From an uncultured delta proteobacterium (GTDB lineage Bacteria; Desulfobacterota; Desulfuromonadia; Desulfuromonadales; BM103), in NCBI GenBank assembly GCA_963715335.1, contig CAVQRZ010000025.1:132936-196935 (forward strand): a stretch of 64,000 nucleotides of DNA, written 5' to 3'. The notes under the pieces were generated by a model. That model was not told the origin of the DNA and did no database searches. It saw only the letters and a list, made by a program, of their open reading frames with translations. The position numbers and the translations under genes are program-made. Of the stretch, positions 1 through 9,674 are shown one piece after another; positions within the stretch are counted from its first letter, which is position 1, and each line of letters begins with the position of its first letter.

Positions 1-102
1 GTACAGGAAGATATTATCACCCTCGAGATTGCCAGCAATGTACGTATTAAAATCAACCGCCCCTCGATTGTCGGGACCAAAACCGACCAGCTGGAAGAAT
101 AG
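1..102 (+). CDS. yajC: Preprotein translocase subunit YajC, 3' end (partial)
   Basis: Frame 1 reads VQEDIITLEIASNVRIKINRPSIVGTKTDQLEE*, a typical YajC C-terminus, directly upstream of secD-secF. Confidence 0.85.
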   Translation, partial: VQEDIITLEIASNVRIKINRPSIVGTKTDQLEE

Positions 103-162
103 CGGCGCATACAGATTTGGACGATCCGTCGATGCGGGTCGGTTGAAAGGAGATCCAACATA

Positions 163-1761
163 ATGTCCAACAGCTTAAAGATTCGGGCCGGCGTGGTACT
201 GTGCTGCCTTGTCCTGGCCCTGGTCTCGCTCGGGCCGACACTCTTCGGTAGTAGTCTTCCGGACTGGTGGCGTAAGGCTTTTGACCCGATTCACCTTGGC
301 CTTGACCTCCAAGGTGGTATGCACCTTGTGCTTGGTGTTGACGTTGACAAGGCCGTAGAAAGCCGCCTCGATACGATCGTAGACCAGACTGAGGAGCTGC
401 TTCGCGAACAGGACGTGATTTTCAAACGCGTTGACCGCTCTTCCGGTGAACGCATTGTGGTCACCGTTTACGACGAAGAGGCGGGTGGTCAGGTTGATGC
501 CTTCATGGATGAGACTTTCCCCAACCTGGAAGCGATGACGTTTACGTCTGACGGTGGCTATATCCAGAAAAACTATCGCCTGAGCGATAATGAGATCAAT
601 TCTGTTCAGGATTATGCGGTGCGCCAGGCGCTCGAAACATTGCGTAACCGCGTCGATCAGTTCGGTGTCAGCGAGCCGACCCTGCAGCGTCAGGCCGACA
701 ACCGTATCCTTATTCAATTGCCCGGAGTCAAGGACCCTCAAAGGGCCATTGATCTGCTTGGCAAGACAGCCCGTCTCGAATTCAAAATGGTCATGGAAAA
801 CGCCAACCCGCAGGATGCCGTTGCAGGGAACTTGCCCCAGGGTGGACAGCTCATCTATGAGCGACGGGTCGACCCGCGCACCGGGGCGACTTCCGAGACT
901 CCGATCGTTGTTGAAACCAAGACCATACTCACCGGCGATCTTCTTTCCAATGCCCAGGTGCGCATCGACACCCGTTTCAACGACCCTTACGTTGCGATCG
1001 ATTTCAATTCGGTCGGTGCCAAGCGCTTCGACCAGATCACCGCGGCCAATGTCGGCAAACGCATGGCCATCGTTCTGGATGACACAGTCTATTCTGCGCC
1101 GGTGATTCGTGAGCGCATCTCCGGCGGCAGCGCCCAGATCAGCGGTAGTTTCACCGAACAGGAAGCGACTGACCTGGCCATCGTACTGCGGGCCGGTTCC
1201 CTGCCGGCGCCGGTCAATATCATGGAAAACCGCACGGTTGGTCCGTCTCTCGGTCAGGATTCGATCAATCAGGGAATCATGTCGATTCTGATCGGCAGTT
1301 TCCTGGTCATTCTGGCGATGCTCGCCTATTACAAGTTATCAGGTCTGGTTGCCAACTTTGTGCTGATCCTCAATATCGTTTTTATCATGGCCATACTCTC
1401 GATCTTTGGTGCAACCCTGACCTTGCCAGGCCTCGCCGGTATCGTCCTGACGGTCGGTATGGCCGTTGATGCCAACGTGCTGATCTTTGAGCGCATCCGT
1501 GAAGAAATACGTCTGGGAAGAACCGCCAGGGCAGCCCTGGAGGCTGGCTATGAAAAAGCCAAGCTGACGATCCTCGATGCCAACATCACCACCCTGATTG
1601 CCGCGCTGGTTCTCTTCCAGTTCGGCACCGGTCCGGTCAAAGGCTTTGCTGTGACCTTGTCAATTGGCATCATTTCTTCGCTCTTTACCGCAGTGGTCGT
1701 TTCGCGACTGATCTTCGACTTTTTCCTGTCGCGGAGCAAAACCAATCGTCTGAGTATCTAG
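163..1761 (+). CDS. secD: Protein translocase subunit SecD
   Basis: LGLDLQGG, RVDQFGVSEP, GMAVDANVLIFERIREE motifs; SD AAGGAG. Confidence 0.98.
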   Translation: MSNSLKIRAGVVLCCLVLALVSLGPTLFGSSLPDWWRKAFDPIHLGLDLQGGMHLVLGVDVDKAVESRLDTIVDQTEELLREQDVIFKRVDRSSGERIVVTVYDEEAGGQVDAFMDETFPNLEAMTFTSDGGYIQKNYRLSDNEINSVQDYAVRQALETLRNRVDQFGVSEPTLQRQADNRILIQLPGVKDPQRAIDLLGKTARLEFKMVMENANPQDAVAGNLPQGGQLIYERRVDPRTGATSETPIVVETKTILTGDLLSNAQVRIDTRFNDPYVAIDFNSVGAKRFDQITAANVGKRMAIVLDDTVYSAPVIRERISGGSAQISGSFTEQEATDLAIVLRAGSLPAPVNIMENRTVGPSLGQDSINQGIMSILIGSFLVILAMLAYYKLSGLVANFVLILNIVFIMAILSIFGATLTLPGLAGIVLTVGMAVDANVLIFERIREEIRLGRTARAALEAGYEKAKLTILDANITTLIAALVLFQFGTGPVKGFAVTLSIGIISSLFTAVVVSRLIFDFFLSRSKTNRLSI

Positions 1762-1773
1762 GAGCTTTCAAAA

Positions 1774-2706
1774 ATGCAGATTATCAAGCACGATATAAAT
1801 ATAGATTTTGTCGGCAAGCGCAAACTGGCCCTGATCGTGTCTGCGGTGGTGATATTCATCGGCCTGGCGTCATTGGTTGTCAACGGCGGGCCGAACTACG
1901 GTATCGATTTTGTCGGCGGCACCCTGGTTCAGGTCAAGTTTGCCGAGAATACCGATGCCGCCAGGATCAAGGACGGTCTCGCCTCGCTTGATCTGGGCTC
2001 GGTTGTTGTCCAGCGCTTTGGCGACGATCCCAATGAGTTCCTGATCCGGGTTCAGCAGGGCGGCGAAGGCAAGGACCTTTCCGGCTTGATTTCGACAAGC
2101 CTCGAAGCAGTTTACGGCGCGGGGCAGGTCGATATCCGCCGGGTCGAGATGGTCGGTCCGCAGGTTGGTAAAGATCTTCGCCAGAAAGGCCTGCTGTCGA
2201 TTTCCTATGCAATGATCGGTATCCTGGTCTACATCGCCTGGCGTTTTGAACTACGCTATGCAGTCGGAGCCATCATCGCCCTGTTGCATGACGTGCTGAT
2301 CACTCTCGGGGCCTTCTCGATAACCGGGCGGGAAATCGACCTGCCGATTGTCGCAGCTTTCCTTGCGATCATCGGTTATTCGCTGAACGATACGATTATC
2401 GTTTACGATCGCATCCGCGAGAATTATGGTAAACACCAGAAGCTTGGCTTTGTCGAAGTCGTGAACCGGTCGATCAACGAAACCCTGTCACGGACTATCC
2501 TGACTTCCGGGACGACCGTGCTGGTGGTTCTGGCTCTCTTCATCTTCGGTGGCGGTGTGATCCATAATTTCGCATTCGCCATGCTGGTCGGCATCCTGGT
2601 CGGCACCTACTCATCTATTTTTGTTGCCAGCCCTTTACTGATCATCTGGCAGGATATGCGTTCCGGAGGGCAGAAGAAACCGAGTGCCGTAGAGGGGAGG
2701 GCGTAA
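1774..2706 (+). CDS. secF: Protein translocase subunit SecF
   Basis: GIDFVGG, GYSLNDTIIVYDRIREN motifs; follows secD. Confidence 0.98.
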   Translation: MQIIKHDINIDFVGKRKLALIVSAVVIFIGLASLVVNGGPNYGIDFVGGTLVQVKFAENTDAARIKDGLASLDLGSVVVQRFGDDPNEFLIRVQQGGEGKDLSGLISTSLEAVYGAGQVDIRRVEMVGPQVGKDLRQKGLLSISYAMIGILVYIAWRFELRYAVGAIIALLHDVLITLGAFSITGREIDLPIVAAFLAIIGYSLNDTIIVYDRIRENYGKHQKLGFVEVVNRSINETLSRTILTSGTTVLVVLALFIFGGGVIHNFAFAMLVGILVGTYSSIFVASPLLIIWQDMRSGGQKKPSAVEGRA

Positions 2707-3285
2707 ATGAAAAAGGAAACCGTTCTGGTTGCCGTTGTGACGTTGGTGGCCGGTTTTGTCATCGGTTTGCTGGCGGGTGAAAAAACCTCCGGGCCAGGCA
2801 TACAGGCGACTTCCGGTGTCCCGACCGGGCCGCCGCCGATGGTGAATTTGCAGCAGAAATTAGGCGAATTGAAAAATATCGTTGCCGCGGACCCGACCAA
2901 TTTCCAGGCCTGGGTTGCACTTGGCAATGAGTATTTCGATAGCAACCAGTTCATGGACGCAATCGAGGCTTACGACAAGGCTCTGGCAATCCAGCCGAAT
3001 TCTCCGGATGTGCTGACTGACCAGGGAGTCATGTTCAAACGCCTTGGCTGGTTCGACCGTGCCATTCAGAATTTCAGCAAGGCGAATGAACTTGACCCTA
3101 CCCACGCCACGAGTGTTTACAACCTGGGTGTCGTCTACCGTTATGACCTGCAGGATTTTGCCAAGGCACAGGTGGCATGGACACGCTTCCTTGAAATCAA
3201 TCCAACCGGCCCTGGGTCCGACCGGGTGCGACAGGACCTCGAATCAATGCGGGCCCAAGTACCGGTTCAGCAACAACAGAAATAG
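2707..3285 (+). CDS. Membrane-anchored tetratricopeptide repeat protein
   Basis: N-terminal hydrophobic helix, then TPR-like repeats (AWVALGNEYF...AIEAYDKAL; VYNLGVVY). Confidence 0.85.
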   Translation: MKKETVLVAVVTLVAGFVIGLLAGEKTSGPGIQATSGVPTGPPPMVNLQQKLGELKNIVAADPTNFQAWVALGNEYFDSNQFMDAIEAYDKALAIQPNSPDVLTDQGVMFKRLGWFDRAIQNFSKANELDPTHATSVYNLGVVYRYDLQDFAKAQVAWTRFLEINPTGPGSDRVRQDLESMRAQVPVQQQQK

Positions 3286-3297
3286 TCAGATACGTTC

Positions 3298-3328
3298 CGG
3301 GCCGGAGCTTGCTTCCGGCCCGTTTTTT
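3298..3328 (+). terminator. Rho-independent terminator
   Basis: CGGGCCGGAG-cttg-CTTCCGGCCCG hairpin followed by T6. Confidence 0.8.
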
Positions 3329-3426
3329 ATCTGCAGGACAAATCTTTTTTTTGAAGGCAATGTGCGAAGACATGTTTGGCTTTCAGCTCTTATGTCTGCA
3401 GTCTCTTTCCCCTTTATTTTGTTACC

Positions 3427-3517
3427 CATGCCGTCAATATTGCGGCAGCAAAATACGAACTCTCCATGGGCGTTGCCCTGGTGAGGGCGATTCTGCGCAT
3501 CTGGCTGGTCTGTCTTG
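3427..3517 (+). repeat. Diverged inverted copy of an internal FNT gene fragment (partner at 5585..5675)
   Basis: 80/91 nt identical by hand alignment to the reverse complement of 5585..5675, no indels. Confidence 0.9.
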
Positions 3518-5245
3518 AAGGCCATAATCAAGCGCCTGTGGGTACCCCGTCATGACTCTCCCGACTATTCCCTAGCCGGCGACTACGCAGACCAGTTAGG
3601 TGTCTCCAGCCTGGTCGCTCGTCTTCTGATCGGCCGACAATTCTCGCTTGAGTCCGCCCGTCAGTTCCTTGCCGTGCGGCTTGCCGATTTGCCCGATCCT
3701 TTTCTGCTCCCGGATATGGCTCTCGCTGTTAATCGCCTCTATGCTGCAATTGAGAATCGAGAAAAGATCGCCATTCACGGTGATTATGATGTCGACGGCA
3801 TCTCGGGAACGGTTCTGCTGACTGCTGTTTTCAAGGCTTTCGGGGCGGACGTTGAATACCATATCCCGCTGCGTTTGCGAGACGGCTACGGGCTCTCCGC
3901 GGAGGCAATAAAAGCGGCTGCAGCCAGGGACGTTAACGTCATCGTATCGGTTGACTGCGGCGTGTCGGCCCACGCAGAGGCTGATCTCGCCAGACAACAT
4001 GGTATCGATCTGATCGTTACCGATCATCATCAGCCACCAGCGACCCTGCCACAGGCTGTTGCTGTGATTAACCCGCAAAGGCAGGACTCCAATTTCCCCT
4101 TCCGGCCATTGGCCGGGGTCGGTGTGGCATTTTTCCTGCTGATTGCCTTGCGCAAAACAATGCGCGAAGCCGGTTGGTTTAAAGCACACCCGGAGCCGGA
4201 CCTGCGCGACTATCTCGATCTGGTGGCACTGGGGACGATTGCTGACCTTGTTCCTCTACAGGGAGTCAACCGAACGCTTGCCAGTCATGGCCTCAGGTTG
4301 ATCGAAAACGGCCCTCGCATCGGTTTGCGAGCACTCAAGCAAGTGGCTTCGGTCAAGAATGTTTCCAGTGGGGTCGTCGGCTTCCAGTTGGCTCCTCGCC
4401 TGAACGCCGCTGGACGTATGGAAGATGCCGCTCTCGGTGTAGAGCTCTTGCTCGAAGAAGATCTGGTGCGTGCCATGAATACGGCACGTTACCTTGACCA
4501 GTGTAATCGTGCGCGCCAGGAACTGGAAAAGCAGACCTTGCGCGAAGCAGAGACGGCTGTTGCCAGGCTATCCGACCAGCATACCCACACGATCGTCCTC
4601 GGCGGCGAAGGTTGGCATCCGGGCGTAATCGGGATTGTCGCCAGCCGTCTCGTGGAACGTTATCATCGGCCGACCGTTTTGGTGGCTCTTGACGGAGATG
4701 GCGGTAAAGGGTCGGCGAGGTCAATTCGCGGCTATCACCTGTACCAGGGGCTGCAATCATGTGCCGAACATCTCATGGCCTTTGGCGGACATGAAATGGC
4801 CGCAGGTCTGAGTCTTAGCAGGCAGGAGTTGCCGGCTTTTGCCTTAGCTCTGGAAGCCCATGCTCGTGGAAAACTAGGCGATGACGATCTGCTCCCCAAA
4901 TTGCGCCACGACGGCACTGTGTTACTCGAAGAGATAGATCTCGATGCTCTTCGCCAAATGGAAAGTATGGCGCCGTTCGGCATGGAAAACCCGGAACCGC
5001 TGATGGTTGTCGAGGCTGTGCGTGCCATGCGGGTCCAGGAACTCGAGGGCGGACATTTGCGATTTACGGTTTGCCAGGGTGCGTTCAGCCATCCGGCGAT
5101 TGCCTTTGGCATGCAAGAGCGGCGGCAGGAGTTCCAGGGTGAGATTGATCTGCTGGTTGCGCCACAGATCAATTATTACCAGGGGCGTGAGACAGTGCAG
5201 TTGCGGGTCAGGGACGTCAGGAAATCAGTCAAATGTGAAAAATGA
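3515..5245 (+). CDS. recJ: Single-stranded-DNA-specific exonuclease RecJ
   Basis: GDYDVDG, VDCG, TDHH, APRLNAAGR, GGHEMAAG DHH/DHHA1 motifs; TTG start. Confidence 0.97.
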   Translation: MKAIIKRLWVPRHDSPDYSLAGDYADQLGVSSLVARLLIGRQFSLESARQFLAVRLADLPDPFLLPDMALAVNRLYAAIENREKIAIHGDYDVDGISGTVLLTAVFKAFGADVEYHIPLRLRDGYGLSAEAIKAAAARDVNVIVSVDCGVSAHAEADLARQHGIDLIVTDHHQPPATLPQAVAVINPQRQDSNFPFRPLAGVGVAFFLLIALRKTMREAGWFKAHPEPDLRDYLDLVALGTIADLVPLQGVNRTLASHGLRLIENGPRIGLRALKQVASVKNVSSGVVGFQLAPRLNAAGRMEDAALGVELLLEEDLVRAMNTARYLDQCNRARQELEKQTLREAETAVARLSDQHTHTIVLGGEGWHPGVIGIVASRLVERYHRPTVLVALDGDGGKGSARSIRGYHLYQGLQSCAEHLMAFGGHEMAAGLSLSRQELPAFALALEAHARGKLGDDDLLPKLRHDGTVLLEEIDLDALRQMESMAPFGMENPEPLMVVEAVRAMRVQELEGGHLRFTVCQGAFSHPAIAFGMQERRQEFQGEIDLLVAPQINYYQGRETVQLRVRDVRKSVKCEK

Positions 5246-5306
5246 AATGTAAAAAGTAACGACAAAAGCAACATTCCTTTCACACTTCTCACCTTTCACC
5301 TTTCAC
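5232..5306. repeat. Heptamer inverted-repeat element (AT-rich GTGAAAR-type variant) between convergent recJ and FNT
   Basis: aatgtga aaaatga aatgtaa aaagtaa ... ttctcac ctttcac ctttcac; the arms overlap both stop codons. Confidence 0.6.
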
Positions 5307-6101
5307 ACCCTTCAAATAAGCAAACCAGTAGGCAAATCCGACGAAAAACGCCCCGCCGATAATGTTGCCGAGGGTGACCGGGATCAGGTTGCCGATAAAA
5401 AAGTTCGACCAGGTCAGGGCGGGGACCGTCAGTCCGAGTTCTGCCTTTAGCAGTAGCCCGCTGGGGATGAAATACATATTGGCAACGTTATGCTCAAAAC
5501 CACTGGCGACAAAAGCCATGATCGGAGCGTAGCAGGCCAGCATCTTGCCAGGGATGTCACGCGCTGCGGTGGCCATGAAAACCGCCAGGCAGACCAGCCA
5601 GTTGCACAGAATCCCTCTGACCAGGGCAACGCCGAAGGACAGTTCGCATTTTGCTGCCGCAATATTGACGGCATGCTCTGCGACACGACCGATTTGCCAG
5701 AGTTCCGACTCGACCATCAGCCAGGCCAGGAAGAGGGAGCCTACCAGGTTGCCGATGATCACGATTGCCCAGTTCTCAGCGATCTTGTGCCAGGGAATCT
5801 GGCCATGCAGGGCCGTCTTGGTGAGCAGGCTGTTGCCGGTGAAGAGTTCCGCGCCGCAGATGACGACCAGCATCAACCCAAGAGAAAAAACGCTGCCACC
5901 GAGCAGGCGCGATATGCCGACACCGACATGCTGTGCGGTGTCAGATGTGACCAAGGTGGCAAGCTCGGCGCCGAAGGCAATGTAGAAACCGGCCAAGAGA
6001 CTCAAAACCCAGGTTCGGGACGCGGGTTGGGTCAGAACCCGGCGGCCGTTATCGGCAATCAGCTGGGTCGTCTCGATCGGTGTCAGAAAACGTTTTTCCA
6101 T
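5289..6101 (-). CDS. Formate/nitrite transporter (FNT, FocA/NirC family) channel
   Basis: GAELFTGN, GILCNWLVCLA, GFEHNVANM, GNIIGG motifs; about six TM helices. Confidence 0.93.
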   Translation of the reverse strand: MEKRFLTPIETTQLIADNGRRVLTQPASRTWVLSLLAGFYIAFGAELATLVTSDTAQHVGVGISRLLGGSVFSLGLMLVVICGAELFTGNSLLTKTALHGQIPWHKIAENWAIVIIGNLVGSLFLAWLMVESELWQIGRVAEHAVNIAAAKCELSFGVALVRGILCNWLVCLAVFMATAARDIPGKMLACYAPIMAFVASGFEHNVANMYFIPSGLLLKAELGLTVPALTWSNFFIGNLIPVTLGNIIGGAFFVGFAYWFAYLKGVKGER

Positions 6102-6108
6102 TGCGGGT

Positions 6109-6131
6109 TGAAACGCGTGGCGCGAAGCACA
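6109..6131 (-). repeat. Solo heptamer arm just upstream of the FNT start codon
   Basis: Plus strand tgaaacg cgtggcg cgaagca; on the FNT sense strand it is the C-rich arm ending about 7 nt before ATG. Confidence 0.5.
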
Positions 6132-6162
6132 GAAAGCTGCTCCGGCCTGCGTCCTCCTTCAT

Positions 6163-7353
6163 CTATGCGAGGCCGATGTCCTTTGCCAGCTTTTCCCACG
6201 CGGGCAGGCTGCGTTTGATAATCCCCATCTCAACGCAGTAAGCGATGCGGAAATAACCCGGGGCGCCGAACCCGGAGCCGGGGACAAGCAGAATGTTGTG
6301 TTGCTGTGCCCGTCGAACGAACGCAACATCGTCTTTAATCGGGGCCTTTGGGAAGAAATAGAAGCCGCCGCCCGGCTTGATCAACTCAAAGCCGAGGCCG
6401 GTCAGATGGTTGTAGAGGATGTCGCGTTTCTCCTGGTATTCGGTGACGTCAACACTCTCGCTTTGAAGCTTTGCGACCAGCCGTTGCATCAGGGCGGGTG
6501 CGTTGACAAAGCCAAGCACGCGGTTGCAGAAAACGGCACCTTCTATGAACAGGCCCGCGTCATCCATGGATGGATTGGCGGCCAGGTAGCCGATGCGCTC
6601 TCCGGGAAGGGCCAGGTCTTTGGAATGTGACGTGACCAGAATGGAGTTGCGTATATATTTGAAAACCGGGGGGACGCTGTTGCCGTCAAACGCCAACCGT
6701 GCGTAAGGTTCATCGGAGATCGTGTAGATGGTGCTGCCGAGCTCTTTTTGCTTTCGTTCGAGCATCCGGCCCAGATCAGCCAGGGTGTCGGCGCTGTAAA
6801 CCGCTCCGGTCGGATTGTTTGGCGAGTTGATGATGATGACGCGAGTGTTGTGCGTGATCGCAGCTTCAATGGCAGCGATGTCGGGCTGGAATGTCTCAGG
6901 ATCAGTCCAGACCTCTTTCGTAACCCCTCCATGATTATCTGCGTAGAATTTATATTCGACAAAAAACGGCGTCAGGACAATAACTTCTTCACCAGGATTG
7001 AGGACCGTTTTTAATGTAACATTTAAGGCCCCGCCGGCACCGCAGGTCATGACAATGTGTTTTGCGCTGATTGGTATGCCGGATGTTTCTTCGAGATGTT
7101 TGGCTACCGATGCGCGTGTCTCCTCATAGCCCGCATTGTTCATGTACCTGTGCATCCCAAGGTCCGGATGTTCCGCCAGCAGGCGTAATTCGCGCTGAAA
7201 CGCCGCCGGTGGTTCTACGGAAGGGTTCCCCAGGGTGAAATCATAGACGTTTTCAGCTCCGCATTCGGCAATTAACGCTGCACCTTCTTCAAACATGCGA
7301 CGAATCCAGGATGAATGTTCTATCGCACGCTGAACCTTGAGTGAAATTGACAT
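6163..7353 (-). CDS. PLP-dependent class I/II aminotransferase (aspartate aminotransferase-like)
   Basis: NSPNNPTG, SDEPY, SHSKDLALPGERIG motifs; start moved to ATG 7353 after SD GAGGAG. Confidence 0.93.
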   Translation of the reverse strand: MSISLKVQRAIEHSSWIRRMFEEGAALIAECGAENVYDFTLGNPSVEPPAAFQRELRLLAEHPDLGMHRYMNNAGYEETRASVAKHLEETSGIPISAKHIVMTCGAGGALNVTLKTVLNPGEEVIVLTPFFVEYKFYADNHGGVTKEVWTDPETFQPDIAAIEAAITHNTRVIIINSPNNPTGAVYSADTLADLGRMLERKQKELGSTIYTISDEPYARLAFDGNSVPPVFKYIRNSILVTSHSKDLALPGERIGYLAANPSMDDAGLFIEGAVFCNRVLGFVNAPALMQRLVAKLQSESVDVTEYQEKRDILYNHLTGLGFELIKPGGGFYFFPKAPIKDDVAFVRRAQQHNILLVPGSGFGAPGYFRIAYCVEMGIIKRSLPAWEKLAKDIGLA

Positions 7354-7622
7354 GGCCTGCTCCTCTATCTCGAACCTAACTGAATTGAAAAGTTGCGCTG
7401 TGAGTGTAACTGCGGCGCAGTCGTCGGTCAATGAAATCCGGCAAAATCATCGTGACCGGTTGCCCGTGCAAAGCTCTTACGAAGATCTCAGGATTCTGTA
7501 AGTCATAAATGAGCGAGTTGCCTGATCTTTCAGGGGGTTCGCAATGTCTTAAGGGTCAGGCCTTTGACTTGCTTTTTCACCGCTCATGGGATAGATTCAC
7601 TAATTCTGAAAGGACGAATTCC

Positions 7623-8696
7623 GTGGACGAAAAGAAACTTCGGCAATTACGACAACAGATCGATTCGCTGGATGACCAGGTTCTGGACCTGCTCAATCGC
7701 CGGGCCGAAGTCGTCGTCGAGGTCGGCAAGGCCAAGGATGACTCTCAAGGCGTCTACTACGTGCCGAGCCGGGAAAAGGCGATTTTCGAAAGACTGATTA
7801 AAAGGAACGCCGGGCCCTTTCCGGACGAAGGTGTACGTCGGGTTTTCCGCGAGATTATCTCTGCATCGCTCTCGCTCGAGCAGCCTCTCAAGGTTGCTTT
7901 CCTCGGCCCTCAGGCTACCTATACCCATGTCGCTGCGATGCGCCAGTTTGGCCTTTCCGCGCAACTGGTGCCGTTGAAGAGTATCTCGTCGATTTTCGAC
8001 GAAGTCAGCCGCGGACGTGCCAGCTACGGGGTTGTCCCGGTGGAAAACTCCAACGAGGGTGTCGTCTCCCACACGCTCGATATGTTCATGTCCTCGGAAC
8101 TCAAGGTCATTGCTGAAATCCTGTTACCTATATCCCATGACCTGTTGAATCTTTCCGGAGAGATCAACGATGTCCGCAAGGTGATCTCCCATCCCCAGGC
8201 CATTGGACAGTGTCGTGACTGGCTGGAGGAGAACCTGCCTGATATCCCGCTGGTCGATGCGTCGAGCACCGCGAACGCTGCACAGCAGGCTGCAGAAGAT
8301 GCCAGTGTGGCCGCGATCGCCAGCGAATCGGCTGCGTCGCTTTATGGTCTGCGGGTGGTTAAAAATAAAATCGAGGACAACCCGAACAATTTTACCCGTT
8401 TCCTGGTGATAGGTAGCGAGATGCAGGGCCCGAGCGGTAACGACAAGACATCAATCATGTTCAGTGTCAAGGACAAGGCGGGCGTCCTTTACCATATGCT
8501 GGAGCCTTTCAGCAAACGTGATATCAATCTGGCAAAGATAGAGAGCCGTCCCACGAAGGGCAAGGCATGGGAGTATATCTTCTTTCTCGACATGCTAGGG
8601 CATGTCGAAGATCAGAAGATTGCCGGAGCGCTTGAAGAACTGAAGGCCCATTGCCAGTTCCTTAAGGTGCTTGGTTCATATCCGAAGGCTAAATAA
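7623..8696 (+). CDS. pheA: Chorismate mutase/prephenate dehydratase (P-protein)
   Basis: N-terminal CM (LRQQIDSLDDQVL), PVENSNEG, NFTRF, IESRP ACT domain; GTG start. Confidence 0.96.
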   Translation: MDEKKLRQLRQQIDSLDDQVLDLLNRRAEVVVEVGKAKDDSQGVYYVPSREKAIFERLIKRNAGPFPDEGVRRVFREIISASLSLEQPLKVAFLGPQATYTHVAAMRQFGLSAQLVPLKSISSIFDEVSRGRASYGVVPVENSNEGVVSHTLDMFMSSELKVIAEILLPISHDLLNLSGEINDVRKVISHPQAIGQCRDWLEENLPDIPLVDASSTANAAQQAAEDASVAAIASESAASLYGLRVVKNKIEDNPNNFTRFLVIGSEMQGPSGNDKTSIMFSVKDKAGVLYHMLEPFSKRDINLAKIESRPTKGKAWEYIFFLDMLGHVEDQKIAGALEELKAHCQFLKVLGSYPKAK

Positions 8697-8724
8697 CGAG
8701 GCGCGAGGCACGTGGCGCGTGGCG
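8697..8724 (+). repeat. Heptamer tandem repeat, G-rich arm immediately after the pheA stop
   Basis: cgaggcg cgaggca cgtggcg cgtggcg. Confidence 0.85.
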
Positions 8725-8744
8725 AGAAAAACAATTTAGAGACA

Positions 8745-9611
8745 ATGGCTGATTTTTATATCGACAGGTTGGCGGTGGTCGGGGTCGGACTGATCGGCGG
8801 CTCTTTGGCTCTGGCCCTGAAAAAGGCCGGGGCGGTTGGCCACGTGGTTGGTATCGGCCGTGCCTTGCCAAATCTGGAGACAGCTCTGAAACTGGGCGTC
8901 GTGGACAGTTATACCCAGGATCTCGCCAAGGGCGTCGCTGATGCCGACGTGATTTTTCTGGCAACACCGGTACAGGCGCTTGGCGCAGCAGCGAAGCAAG
9001 CCATGCCGCACCTCAAGGCCGGCGCGATCATCACCGATGGAGGCAGCGTCAAGCAGGCTGTAATCGACGCTATCGAGCCGTACCTGCGAGACGATGTTCA
9101 CTTTGTCCCGGGCCATCCGATTGCCGGTACCGAAAACAGCGGGGCCGAAGCGGCCTTTGCCACACTCTATTGCGATCGTCGCTGCATTCTGACGCCGACC
9201 GTAAAGACCAAGGCCGAAGCTCTGGACCGTATCCAGCGCATGTGGCAACTGGTCGGCAGCCGGGTGGTCGTCATGGATGTTGAGAAACATGACCGGGTGC
9301 TCGCGGCGATCAGCCACTTGCCGCACATGGTTGCCTATGCTCTGGTGAATGCTGTCGGTTCCTATGACCGTTACAACGAGAATATCCTTGAATATTCAGC
9401 GGGGGGGTTTCGTGATTTTACCCGTATTGCCTCATCGGATCCTACGATGTGGCGCGATATCGCCATGACCAACCGCGAGGCATTGATCGAAATGATGGAA
9501 CAGTTCGAGACTTTCTTTGCCGAACTGAAAGAAGATGTTGCGATCGGCTCCGGGGAGAGGCTCTTCGAGTTCTTCCGGCGCTCCAAAGAAAGTCGGGACG
9601 AAATCCTCTAG
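8745..9611 (+). CDS. tyrA: Prephenate/arogenate dehydrogenase
   Basis: GVGLIGGS Rossmann motif, HPIAGTE, SHLPH, GFRDFTRIASSDP; lies between pheA and aroA. Confidence 0.93.
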   Translation: MADFYIDRLAVVGVGLIGGSLALALKKAGAVGHVVGIGRALPNLETALKLGVVDSYTQDLAKGVADADVIFLATPVQALGAAAKQAMPHLKAGAIITDGGSVKQAVIDAIEPYLRDDVHFVPGHPIAGTENSGAEAAFATLYCDRRCILTPTVKTKAEALDRIQRMWQLVGSRVVVMDVEKHDRVLAAISHLPHMVAYALVNAVGSYDRYNENILEYSAGGFRDFTRIASSDPTMWRDIAMTNREALIEMMEQFETFFAELKEDVAIGSGERLFEFFRRSKESRDEIL

Positions 9612-9674
9612 AATAGGGTGCGCTGGACTGAGCAAGAGAACGCGGATAGCTTAATAATCAAAAGAACAACACTA

